Positions 1-9,349 of a DNA stretch of 64,000 nucleotides are shown here, in pieces. Under the pieces are notes generated by a model. It did not search any database. It was not told the origin of the DNA and saw only the letters and a program-made list of their open reading frames with translations. Source of the DNA: Bryobacterales bacterium (lineage in GTDB: Bacteria > Acidobacteriota > Terriglobia > Bryobacterales > UBA6623); assembly GCA_963422375.2 (NCBI GenBank), contig OY729428.2, positions 3,104,001-3,168,000 of the forward strand. Reading direction: 5' to 3'. Within the stretch, counting starts at the first letter, position 1, and each line of letters opens with the position of its first letter. A program made the translations under genes and the position numbers.

Positions 1-40
1 TTGAGTACCTTCGGGTCCCGCGACGCGGGATCCGCACAGC

Positions 41-358
41 ATGGAAGTGCCGGCAGTCCAAGCGCAATCATCGGACGTCCGCTGTCCTCGCTGCGGCGAG
101 GGGATGCTTCCAAAGACCGTCAGAACTGCAGTCTGGCAAGGGAGCCGAGTCGCTATCGTCGAAGACATCCCCGCGTACGTCTGCGACGGATGCAGCGAGC
201 AGTGCTACGACGGCCCGGTTAGCGACGCGCTGCGACGGCTTGCGGAGGAAGGATTCCCTTCCGCTGCGGCCCGGGCGGAAATCGCGGTTCCGGTATTCTC
301 GCTGAACGGTCGCATCAAGCCGGTCAGACCCATGCCCGAGGACGTCCATGTCGACTAG
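41..358 (+). CDS. YgiT-type (MqsA-like) zinc finger protein
   Basis: CPRC...IVEDIPAYVCDGC pattern typical of YgiT-type zinc ribbons; no HTH domain. Confidence 0.75.
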   Translation: MEVPAVQAQSSDVRCPRCGEGMLPKTVRTAVWQGSRVAIVEDIPAYVCDGCSEQCYDGPVSDALRRLAEEGFPSAAARAEIAVPVFSLNGRIKPVRPMPEDVHVD

Positions 359-385
359 CAGGCTGAAGTCGACTAGCAGGCTGAA
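350..385. repeat. Perfect 18-bp tandem duplication GTCGACTAGCAGGCTGAA x2
   Basis: Read directly; spans the stop codon of the zinc finger gene. Confidence 0.95.
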
Positions 386-396
386 TCTCGCCGCCA

Positions 397-779
397 TGCT
401 CGCGCTCTTGGCAGCTGCGATGCTCGCAAGCTGCGGCAGTGCCGGAACTCCCGACGAGGCTGCTCCGTCCACCCCTCCCACCGAGCCAGCGGCCGCGTCC
501 GGGCCGACCTCGCTGGCGGAGATACTCCCCGAGGGCTTGGGGCGGGGGCTGGTCATAGACTCCTGCGGTAGCTGCCACGCCGTCGCCTGCTCCGCCATCG
601 GCCAGCCGACGGCAGCTCGCTGGAAGGCCCTCGAGACGGATCACAGGGACCGCGTCGCCGACATGGCCGACGAGGACTACGTCGCACTATTCGCGTACCT
701 GTGAGAGAACTTCAACGACACCAAGCCGGAGCCGACGGTCCCGCCGCAATTTCTGGAGGGCGGTTGCACGCCGTTCTGA
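397..779 (+). pseudogene. Monoheme cytochrome c lipoprotein with in-frame TGA (702-704)
   Basis: Lipobox LASC and CGSCH heme motif; frame continues after TGA as ENFNDTKPEPTVPPQFLEGGCTPF, matching the C-terminus of the downstream paralogue. Confidence 0.7.
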
Positions 780-798
780 GCGCAGGCGCGCCGGCGGC

Positions 799-1197
799 GT
801 GGATTCGAGCCTCGCGTAGCGGGCCTGCGCGGTCTCGCTGGCCCTGCTGACCGGATGCACTTCGGAAGCCCCGTCTGGATCAGCCTCGAACAGTCCGGCC
901 GTGACCGAGGAGCCCTCTTCTAAGGCGTTCAACATTCGGGACGTATTGCCCGAGGGACGGGGCCGGGAACTGCTGCTGGACAACTGCCAGAGCTACCACG
1001 TGCTGGTGCCGATTCTCGTGCTCCGCATGGACAAGGCAGCGTGGCACCGCAACAGCATCGAGCACAGAGAGCGCGTCGAAGCGCTGGGAGACGAGGACTT
1101 CAACACCCTCTACGGCTACCTGGCGACCCACTTCACGCCGAACCGCCCGATCCCGGATCTGCCCGCGGCACTGCTCGACACATGGACTACGTACTAG
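799..1197 (+). pseudogene. Paralogous cytochrome c lipoprotein, degenerate
   Basis: GTG 799 in frame with ORF 901-1197; TAG at 817-819 before lipobox LTGC; heme motif decayed to CQSYH; LPEGxGR shared with upstream paralogue. Confidence 0.65.
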
Positions 1198-1273
1198 TCT
1201 CCGAAGCCCCCGAGGCCGTCGCTGACCGTCCGTGCACCACGACGCCAGCGGGCGCTCGAATCGCAGGAAACTC

Positions 1274-2428
1274 CTACCGGAAAACCATGTCCGAGTAGTT
1301 CCCCGGCGGTATAGAAGCGCCTCTTGGAATCGTATGGCGCGCCACCAGGTCCTCGTCCAGATCGATACCGAGCCCGGGCTTCCGCGGCATCCGAATCGAG
1401 CCGTTGCTGACCCGAAGCGGCTCGGCTAGCAGATCGTCGATGAATGGATTGCCTGTGCGGTCGACTTCAACGGTCAGTCCGCGGCGTACCGACGCCACCA
1501 AGTGCATGTTGGCTGCCAGCGCCACGGCGTCGCTCCAAGTATGGGGTGCCACCGCCAAGCCTCCCTTGCATGCCGAGCGAGCGACCCGCAGAGCCTCGCT
1601 GAAGCCCCCGCATCGGCAGCAGTCCGGCTGCACGACCTGCACCGCGCCGGAGTCGATCAACTCCCGAAAGCCCTGCAAGCCGAACTCGTTCTCCCCGGCC
1701 GCCAGCAGGATATCCACTGTTTGCGGGCGGAGCGCCAGAAACGACTTGAGATCTTCGGGCGCGAAGGGCTCCTCCAGCCAGAACACGTTGGAGGACGTAA
1801 GCTTCGGCATCATCCGGCGCGCCTGATCCAAGGAGTAGCAGGCGTTGCCGTCGACCATCAGGGTGACGTCCTGACCGACCGCCTCGCGCACGGCGACCAA
1901 CGCGTCGCAGTCGTACGCCCATTCGCGGCCGAGTCGCATCTTCATCGCGCGGAAGCCATCCGCAACGTGGCGCCGAGCCTCCTCTTGGATCTCGTCGACG
2001 CTGTCCTTCCACAGCAGGCCGCTGGCGTAGGCCGGGACTTCCTGGCGGCACTGCCCTGCGAGTTCGCAAACCGGCTTGCCCCGTACCTTGCCCAGCAGGT
2101 CCCACAGCGCTATGTCGATGCCGCCGACCGCCGACATCGCCGCGCCCTTGCGTCCGTACCACCGCGTAAGCCCGTAGCAAAGATCCCACAAGCGGTCGAT
2201 GTCCCGCGGGTCCTCGTCCACCAGCATTGGCCGAAGGTGGCCCTCGATGATTTCCCGGACCAAGCCCGGATGCGAGTAGACCGACCCAAGCCCGATCAAG
2301 CCCGCGTCGGTGTAGACCTTGACCAAGCTGGTCAGGCGTCCTGTGCAGACACCGCCCGCATAGCGGAATCGACGGTCCGGCGGGTACTCGAAGTGAAGAT
2401 TGATGACTTCGATGTCCCGGATTCGCAT
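1274..2428 (-). CDS. Mandelate racemase/muconate lactonizing enzyme family protein
   Basis: GIDIALWDL, KMR, VDGN, WLEEP, AGENE motifs of the enolase superfamily. Confidence 0.9.
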   Translation of the reverse strand: MRIRDIEVINLHFEYPPDRRFRYAGGVCTGRLTSLVKVYTDAGLIGLGSVYSHPGLVREIIEGHLRPMLVDEDPRDIDRLWDLCYGLTRWYGRKGAAMSAVGGIDIALWDLLGKVRGKPVCELAGQCRQEVPAYASGLLWKDSVDEIQEEARRHVADGFRAMKMRLGREWAYDCDALVAVREAVGQDVTLMVDGNACYSLDQARRMMPKLTSSNVFWLEEPFAPEDLKSFLALRPQTVDILLAAGENEFGLQGFRELIDSGAVQVVQPDCCRCGGFSEALRVARSACKGGLAVAPHTWSDAVALAANMHLVASVRRGLTVEVDRTGNPFIDDLLAEPLRVSNGSIRMPRKPGLGIDLDEDLVARHTIPRGASIPPGNYSDMVFR

Positions 2429-2491
2429 TGCCCCCCGCGCAAGCCGCCATTGCTGGCCCGAGGGTTCGGCGAGACCGCTCCGGCGCGAGGC

Positions 2492-4240
2492 CTACCAGAA
2501 TACGACGAAGCTCAGCGCGGCTCCGATCAGAAACGCCACCGCCCCCAAGGCCGCAGCGAACTGGCTGCGTCGCGCGCCCCCCGCTCCCGCCCATGCACTC
2601 GGGACGCGGCTCCGGCCCAGCCACCCGGTCCCTGCACCCATGCGGAGAGCCCCCGCGGGTTCCCTGCCCCGCACCGCCGTCACGCCGACCATCACGCCCG
2701 CACTCAGAAGCAGGCCGAACACCGTGCCGACGTAGTTGTTGACTAGGATCGGCGGCAAAATCGCGATTCCGAAGCGCATCGCCAGGAACGGGGCCAGCAG
2801 CTTGGCCGTGCCGTAGAGAATCCCGGCCGCCAGGCCCGCCACCGCGCTCGACCTATGGGCCCGCGTGAACGAGCCCATTAGGTACACCGCAAGCAGGGGC
2901 ACGACGAAGGCACCGACCCAGTCGTGGAACACCAGCAGCATGCCCCGCTCCTGGCGCAGCATGGGCACGAAGGCGAACGAGCCGAGGATAACGACCGGAG
3001 TGAGCAGCCGACTCGCCGCTACGTAGAAGCGGTCGCCGCGGTCCGGCGCGAATACGCGCGCAATGACGTCTCGCACCAGCAGCGAGGGCACCGTCGACCC
3101 GATCGAATCAAAGGTGGAGAACGAAGCCGCGACCACGCCCGCTACGACAAGGCCCCGCAGGCCGGTCGAGGTCAGCTCACTGACCAGGAGGGGGAAGATC
3201 GAGTCGCGAACCTGCAGCGCAGGTTCCAGCGGCATCAGGCCCGGATCCGGATACAGTGCCCGCCCCATCACGCCGATCATCAGATTCGTGAAGTTCGCAG
3301 CGACCAGGATCAGGCCGGAGGCGACCACGGCCATGCGCATGTCCCATTCGGAGCGCGCCCCGAAGAGCCGCATTGATTGGGTGTGGTTGACGATGGCGTA
3401 GCTCAGCCCGACGATGATCCAGGCGAACGCGGCCAGCCAAGCGGGCGACCTGACGACAATCTCCTCAGCCTCCGCGTCGTGGCTGCCGCCCAGCAGCAGC
3501 CTGCGCCTGACCGTCTCCGGCGGCTCGCGTTCGACGGACCGCGCGGAGACCTCGTCGCCGCCGACACGCAGGATCTCCGTGGAGAGGCCCTGCTCGTGCG
3601 CGTCAAGCCTCCTTCCCATGCCGTCCCATCCTCCGACGGCTGCCCAAGCTGCCAGAAAGAGGGCCACGGACGACGCAAACATGACGACGCTCTGCATGGC
3701 GTCGGTGATCGCGACGGAGCGCAGCCCGCCGAACGCGGTGTACAGGGAAGCCAGCGCCGCGATGGCCGCGACGCCCCACCACGCCGCACCGCCCCATCCG
3801 CCGACAACCGCCAGAACCAAGTACAGCGTGTTGGCGATGATGCCTAGAACGAGCGTGCGATAGAGCGCTTGGACGAGCGCGGAGGCAACCCGGGCGGCGA
3901 GACCGAAACGCGCTTCGAGGTACTCGGCGTTGGTGAACATGCCGGACCGGTACATCGGCACGGCGACCTTGTTGGCAAGCAGCGCCCAGCCCGCTGTGAC
4001 GCCCACCCAGTTGGTCACCATGTAGGTCATTCCCAAGGCATACGTGCCGCCGGAATCCGCAACGAGGTCACTCGAATCGATCGCCGTCGCGTACAGGGAG
4101 AGGCCGACCATCCACCAAGGCAGCGCCCTGCCCGCGAGGAACCAGTCGAGGCTGGTCTTGGTGTCGCGCCCGCGCGCCAGTCCGAAGAGAATGATCCCCC
4201 CGTTTAGCGCCACCACGATGGTCCAGTCGACGGGGCTCAT
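2492..4240 (-). CDS. Sodium:solute symporter family protein
   Basis: Multiple TM segments; FLAGR.LPWW, AEYLEARF, YTAFGGLRSVAITDAMQ motifs. Confidence 0.9.
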   Translation of the reverse strand: MSPVDWTIVVALNGGIILFGLARGRDTKTSLDWFLAGRALPWWMVGLSLYATAIDSSDLVADSGGTYALGMTYMVTNWVGVTAGWALLANKVAVPMYRSGMFTNAEYLEARFGLAARVASALVQALYRTLVLGIIANTLYLVLAVVGGWGGAAWWGVAAIAALASLYTAFGGLRSVAITDAMQSVVMFASSVALFLAAWAAVGGWDGMGRRLDAHEQGLSTEILRVGGDEVSARSVEREPPETVRRRLLLGGSHDAEAEEIVVRSPAWLAAFAWIIVGLSYAIVNHTQSMRLFGARSEWDMRMAVVASGLILVAANFTNLMIGVMGRALYPDPGLMPLEPALQVRDSIFPLLVSELTSTGLRGLVVAGVVAASFSTFDSIGSTVPSLLVRDVIARVFAPDRGDRFYVAASRLLTPVVILGSFAFVPMLRQERGMLLVFHDWVGAFVVPLLAVYLMGSFTRAHRSSAVAGLAAGILYGTAKLLAPFLAMRFGIAILPPILVNNYVGTVFGLLLSAGVMVGVTAVRGREPAGALRMGAGTGWLGRSRVPSAWAGAGGARRSQFAAALGAVAFLIGAALSFVVFW

Positions 4241-4260
4241 GCTAGGCTAGACCCGAATTC

Positions 4261-6585
4261 ATGACGTTGCGGGCAGCAATGCGGGTCGCGACCGCTCTCG
4301 CTGCCTCGTGCCCCGCGGCGGCGGAAGACGGCTTCTTCGAGAAGCGCGTTCGCCCGATCCTAGCGAATCGCTGCTACGCCTGTCACGGCCCCCATGCGGG
4401 CGCGGGCCAGGCGGGCCTGCGCCTGGACTCGATCGAGGGAATGCTCCTGGGCGGGAGATCCGGCCCGGCGGTCGTGCCCGGGCAGGCGAGCGTCAGCCTG
4501 CTCATCCACGCAGTGAATCACGACACGTCGCTGCAGATGCCGCCCAAGGTGAAGCTACCGATCGCGGAGATCGCGACGCTGACGCGCTGGGTGGACGAAG
4601 GCGCGCACTGGCCGGGCGCCAGGCCGACAGCGCGGCCGCGGACCGAGGCCGCGAGCGAGAGCGGATTCACCGAGGAGGAGCGCGCGCACTGGGCCTTCCA
4701 GCCCGTCCGCGACCCGCCCGTGCCTGCGGGCGGTCCGACGCCGATCGACGCATTCATCGGCGGACGGCTCGAATCCGAGGGCCTGCGGCCTGCGCGCCGG
4801 GCCGACAGGAGAACGCTGATCCGACGTGCCACCATGGACCTGCACGGACTCCTGCCGACCCCGGCGGAAGTGCGCGGCTTCGTCGAGAACGATTCCGGCG
4901 CGGCCTTCGAACGCGTTGTCGACCGCCTGCTGGCGTCGCCCCGGTACGGGGAGCGCTGGGGTCGCCACTGGCTGGACGTCGCCCGCTACGCGGACAGCAA
5001 CGGAATGGACGACAACATCGTCCACGGCGACGCCTGGCGCTACCGCGACTACGTCATCGCGGCCTTCAACGACGACAAGCCCTACGACCGATTCGTGAGA
5101 GAGCAGCTGGCCGGGGACGTGATCACGCGCTGGGGGGAGGCGGCCCGCGCCGAGGGCCTGATCGCGACTGGCTTCCTTATGCTGGGCCCCAAGATGGTCG
5201 GCGAGGATGACCCCGTCAAGCAGAAGCTGGATTTCGCCGACGAGCAGCTTGCAACCACTTCACGGGCTTTCCTCGCACTCACCATCGACTGCGCGCGCTG
5301 CCACGACCACAAATTCGACCCCATTCGCAGCTCGGACTACTACGCGATGCTCGGGATGTTCACGAGCACGAAAACGGTGCTGACGTATCGCGTCACCTCG
5401 AAGCTCAACGCCACGGCGCTGGCGGGTCCCGACGCCGACCGCAAGCTGTCCGAGATCGAGCGGCGGTTCGACTACCACAGCGACTTCGTCACCAACTACA
5501 ACCGCGCCACCACGCCCGAGCAGGTGGTGCAGGCGCAGCAGGAGGCATTGGAAGACGCCCTCGAGGAGTACTTAGAGATACCCAAGGCCATGGCTGTTGC
5601 CGAGGGGCAGCCCGACGACCTGCCGGTGATGCTCCGCGGCAGTCACCTGACGCCCGGGGCCATCGCTCCTCGAGGGGTCCCGGCGGTCCTCGCAAGCAGG
5701 CAGCCAGCGATAGCCGAAAGGAGCAGCGGGCGCCGCGAGCTCGCGGACTGGCTGGCCCGGCCCGACCACCCCCTAGCCGCCCGCGTGATGGCCAATCGCA
5801 TTTGGAAGTGGCACTTCGGCGAGGGCATTGTGCGCACCCCGGACAACTTCGGCACGCTCGGGGATCGTCCCGATCATCCGGAGCTGCTGGACTGGCTGGC
5901 CAGCCGTTTCGTCGAGAGCGGGTGGTCGGTGAAGTCCCTGCATCGGCGCATCATGCTCTCGAGCGCATACCAGCGCGCCTACGCCCCGAACCCGGCCGCC
6001 GAGGCGAGGGATCCGGAGAACCGCCTGCTCTGGAGGGCGAATCGCCGTCGCATGGAAGCGGAGGCGATTCGCGACAGCCTCCTAGCGGTAGCGGGCCGCC
6101 TGGATCTGGCGGCGGGCGGCAAGACGATGCGGCACAGGAACTTCACCAATCTGAACGCAATGGCCCTCTCGCGCGACCCCGAACTGTACGAGACGCGCCG
6201 GCGCAGCGTGTACCTCCCGGTCCTGCGGAGCGCGCTGTACGAGGTCCTCGCGGCGTTCGATTTCGCCAGCCCGTCCGCGCCCAGCGGCCGACGCGGCACC
6301 ACGATGGTGGCGCCGCAGGCGCTGTTCATGATGAACTCGCCGCTGGTCGAGGAGGCGTCGCGTCATTTCGCGCGACGGGTGCTCGACCAGGGGGGTGCCG
6401 CGGATGCCACCCGCATCCGCCTCGCCCACGAGCTCGCGTACGCCCGGGAACCCGCCGAGGCCGAGATCGCCTCATGGAGCGCCTTCCTCGACCAATACGA
6501 ATCCGCGGCGTCGAGCAGGGACGACGCATGGCAGGCGCTGTGCAGGATTCTGGTTTCCTCCAACGAGTACCTGTACGTACAATGA
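4261..6585 (+). CDS. Planctomycete cytochrome c + DUF1549/DUF1553 (PSD1) protein
   Basis: N-terminal CYACHG, HWAFQP, YGERWGRHWLDVARYADS, CARCHDHKFDP, HPELLDWLA. Confidence 0.9.
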   Translation: MTLRAAMRVATALAASCPAAAEDGFFEKRVRPILANRCYACHGPHAGAGQAGLRLDSIEGMLLGGRSGPAVVPGQASVSLLIHAVNHDTSLQMPPKVKLPIAEIATLTRWVDEGAHWPGARPTARPRTEAASESGFTEEERAHWAFQPVRDPPVPAGGPTPIDAFIGGRLESEGLRPARRADRRTLIRRATMDLHGLLPTPAEVRGFVENDSGAAFERVVDRLLASPRYGERWGRHWLDVARYADSNGMDDNIVHGDAWRYRDYVIAAFNDDKPYDRFVREQLAGDVITRWGEAARAEGLIATGFLMLGPKMVGEDDPVKQKLDFADEQLATTSRAFLALTIDCARCHDHKFDPIRSSDYYAMLGMFTSTKTVLTYRVTSKLNATALAGPDADRKLSEIERRFDYHSDFVTNYNRATTPEQVVQAQQEALEDALEEYLEIPKAMAVAEGQPDDLPVMLRGSHLTPGAIAPRGVPAVLASRQPAIAERSSGRRELADWLARPDHPLAARVMANRIWKWHFGEGIVRTPDNFGTLGDRPDHPELLDWLASRFVESGWSVKSLHRRIMLSSAYQRAYAPNPAAEARDPENRLLWRANRRRMEAEAIRDSLLAVAGRLDLAAGGKTMRHRNFTNLNAMALSRDPELYETRRRSVYLPVLRSALYEVLAAFDFASPSAPSGRRGTTMVAPQALFMMNSPLVEEASRHFARRVLDQGGAADATRIRLAHELAYAREPAEAEIASWSAFLDQYESAASSRDDAWQALCRILVSSNEYLYVQ

Positions 6586-8000
6586 GGGCGAAGATGCAAC
6601 CCAACCGGCGCGCCCGAGAGCGCTTCCCGCGTCGCGAGGCGCTGAGACAGATGGGCGCTGGCTTCGGCAGCCTCGCCCTGTCCGCGCTGCTGGCCGAGGA
6701 GGCCGCCGCGACGGGGCCGCTGGCGGTCCGGGAGCCGCACTTCGCGCCGCGCGCGAAGCGCGTGATCATGCTCTTCATGTTCGGCGGGCCTTCGCACATC
6801 GACACGTTCGACCCCAAGCCAGTCCTGAACCGCGACAGCGGCAAGCCGCTGCCGTTCGCCAAGCCCCGGATCATTTCCTTCCCCCGCCGCGGGGGGGACC
6901 TGATCGGCTCGCCCTTCTCGTTCACGCGCCACGGTGAGAGCGGCGCGGAAGTGAGCGAGCTGTTCCCGCACCTGGCGGGGATCGTCGACGAGCTGGCCAT
7001 CGTGCGCTCTATGCACTGCACCAACCCGCGGCACGGCGGCGCGGTGCTCGAATGGCACACCGGCAGCGACACGTTTATCCGGCCCGCCCTCGGATCCTGG
7101 CTGACCTACGGGCTGGGCTCCGAGAACCGGAACCTGCCCGGCTACATCACGATCTGCCAGGCGTTGGCGGAAGGCGGCGCCAACAACTTCGGGGCGGCAT
7201 TCCTTCCCGCGGCCCATCAAGGGACGCCGCTCGGCTACGGCAACGTAAAGGCCGAGGACGCCACGTTCCCGTTCATCGGGGACGGCGGCCGCACGCGGCT
7301 GCAGCGCATGGAGCTCGACATGCTGGCCGACGTCTCGCGCCGCCAGATGGAGCGCGAGGGGCCCGACAGCGAACTCGAGAGCCGCATCGCCACGTTCGAA
7401 CTGGCGTTCCGCATGCAGACCGAGGCCCCCGAGATCCAGCGGATCGACGGGGAGAGCGAAGCGACCCGCCGCCTGTACGGCCTGGACGATCCCGTGACCG
7501 CGGACTTCGGCCGCCAGTGCCTCATGGCACGGCGGTTCAGCGAGAGCGGCGTCCGCTTCGTGCAGTGCAACAGCAACGGCTGGGACCATCACTTCGACCT
7601 CAAGAACGGCCTGACCAAGATGTGCATGCAGGTCGACAAGCCCATCGCCGCGCTGATCAAGGATCTGCGCGGGAGCGGCCTGCTCGACGAGACTCTAGTG
7701 ATCTGGGGCGGCGAGTTCGGGCGCACGCCCACCGCCGAGAACGCGGACGGACGCGACCACAACCCGCACGGCTTCACGATGTGGCTGGCGGGCGGCGGCG
7801 CGAAGGCCGGCATCACCTACGGCGGCACCGACGAATACGGCTACTACGGCGTCGAGAACAAGGTCCACTTTCACGACCTGCACGCGACGGTCCTACACTT
7901 GCTGGGTCTGGACCACACGCGCCTGACTTACCGCCACGCGGGCCGGGACTTCCGCCTGACCGACGTCCACGGAGAGGTCGTGCATGGCCTGATCGCTTGA
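6582..8000 (+). CDS. DUF1501 domain protein with Tat-like signal
   Basis: RREAL signal, AKRVIMLFMFGGPSHIDTFDPK, GEFGRTP, GRDHNP; ATGA overlap with upstream gene. Confidence 0.9.
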   Translation: MRAKMQPNRRARERFPRREALRQMGAGFGSLALSALLAEEAAATGPLAVREPHFAPRAKRVIMLFMFGGPSHIDTFDPKPVLNRDSGKPLPFAKPRIISFPRRGGDLIGSPFSFTRHGESGAEVSELFPHLAGIVDELAIVRSMHCTNPRHGGAVLEWHTGSDTFIRPALGSWLTYGLGSENRNLPGYITICQALAEGGANNFGAAFLPAAHQGTPLGYGNVKAEDATFPFIGDGGRTRLQRMELDMLADVSRRQMEREGPDSELESRIATFELAFRMQTEAPEIQRIDGESEATRRLYGLDDPVTADFGRQCLMARRFSESGVRFVQCNSNGWDHHFDLKNGLTKMCMQVDKPIAALIKDLRGSGLLDETLVIWGGEFGRTPTAENADGRDHNPHGFTMWLAGGGAKAGITYGGTDEYGYYGVENKVHFHDLHATVLHLLGLDHTRLTYRHAGRDFRLTDVHGEVVHGLIA

Positions 8001-8053
8001 CCCCCGGGTGGGGCGTCAGATACGATCAGCGCCAGGCGCGGACGGCCGGCGAT

Positions 8054-9271
8054 TCAGACGGCAAGGCCGCCGCGCTTCAGATCCCCGAGACGGGCCACTT
8101 GGCCTGTGCGGAATGCCAGGTTCGCCAGGTGCGCGCTGACGCAGGCGCGGACACCTGCCTCGGCCGGCGTGCTGGGCTTGCCGCGGCTCCGCACGGCGTC
8201 GATCCAGTTCTGCAGGTGCGGAGTCTCGCCGTCGACGTCGAAGTCGGCACCGCGCTCACGTGTCCCGGGCGAGAAGTCCTCCGCGCTCAGCCCGCTGTCC
8301 GGCTCGGGATGGATCTCGTATCGCCCGCGATCCAAGTACATCGTGCCCTTCGTGCCCATGATCTCCACCATGGCCTTGTTCCGTTGGTTCACGAACGTGC
8401 CTTCGAAATAGACCTGCAGTTCCCTGTCCGGATAGCGCAGCAGCGTCTGGATCGTGTCGGGCGTCTCCCAGCGTTCCATGGCGAAGCTGTCGCCTATCGT
8501 CGTCGCCACCGCCGGGTCCGGAAGGTCGAGCAGCCAGTTCACGGCATCGATCCAATGCACCATCAGATCGGTCAGGATGCCTCCGCCGAAGTCCCAGAAC
8601 CAGCGCCAGTTGCGGAAGCGGTAGGGGTCGAAGGGCTGGTCCGGGGCGCTGCCTAGGAATCTCTTCCAGTCCAGCCCCGACGGATCGATGTCGTATGACC
8701 GGGACTGCGCGGCAGTGCGGTTGCGGTTCCACGTGAGGTGGATCTTGTGGATCGCGCCCAGTCTGCCCTCGCGCAAGATCTCCCGGGCTCTCTCGAACTG
8801 CGGCATGCTGCGCTGCTGCGTGCCCACCTGCACGACCCGCTTGTGCTCGTTCTGTGCCCGGATCACGGCCTCGCCCTCGTCCAGGCTGTGCGTGAGCGGC
8901 TTCTCGACAAAGATGTCCTTGCCAGCGACGCAGGCATCGATCGTCATCGGCACATGCCAGTGATCTGGCGATCCGATGAGGACCGCGTCCACGTCGCTGC
9001 GGGAGAGAAGATCGTGGTAGTCCTTCGTCGCGAATGCATCGGGCGCGGCGAGTTCCCTTGCCTGCTCCAAGGCGTCGTCCCAGATGTCGCAGACCGCACC
9101 GATTCTGGTCCCGGGAACGCCGGCGAGGGCGCGCATCAGGCCCCGGCAGCGTCCCCCCGTTCCAATGCAGCCAACGTTCACGGTTTCGTTGGCGGGATAC
9201 CCGAACGCGCCGGTGACGGTCGCGGCCGCAGCCGTGGCGAGAAACTTCCGGCGATGCGTCGCTCCGTCCAT
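8054..9271 (-). CDS. Gfo/Idh/MocA family oxidoreductase (Tat signal)
   Basis: RRKFL, IGTGGR, PDHWH, VEKP, DLMVHWID. Confidence 0.9.
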   Translation of the reverse strand: MDGATHRRKFLATAAAATVTGAFGYPANETVNVGCIGTGGRCRGLMRALAGVPGTRIGAVCDIWDDALEQARELAAPDAFATKDYHDLLSRSDVDAVLIGSPDHWHVPMTIDACVAGKDIFVEKPLTHSLDEGEAVIRAQNEHKRVVQVGTQQRSMPQFERAREILREGRLGAIHKIHLTWNRNRTAAQSRSYDIDPSGLDWKRFLGSAPDQPFDPYRFRNWRWFWDFGGGILTDLMVHWIDAVNWLLDLPDPAVATTIGDSFAMERWETPDTIQTLLRYPDRELQVYFEGTFVNQRNKAMVEIMGTKGTMYLDRGRYEIHPEPDSGLSAEDFSPGTRERGADFDVDGETPHLQNWIDAVRSRGKPSTPAEAGVRACVSAHLANLAFRTGQVARLGDLKRGGLAV

Positions 9272-9349
9272 TGGTTAACCTCCCCGGCGGCCGCCCCGAG
9301 ACGGCGCTGCCGCACCAATTTTACATAGGCCGCACGATGCCAGCGGGCC

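Noticed and set aside
702..704. In-frame TGA as selenocysteine
   Set aside because: It aligns to Ala in the paralogue, not to a Cys position; no clear SECIS was recognised; the neighbouring gene is also decayed.
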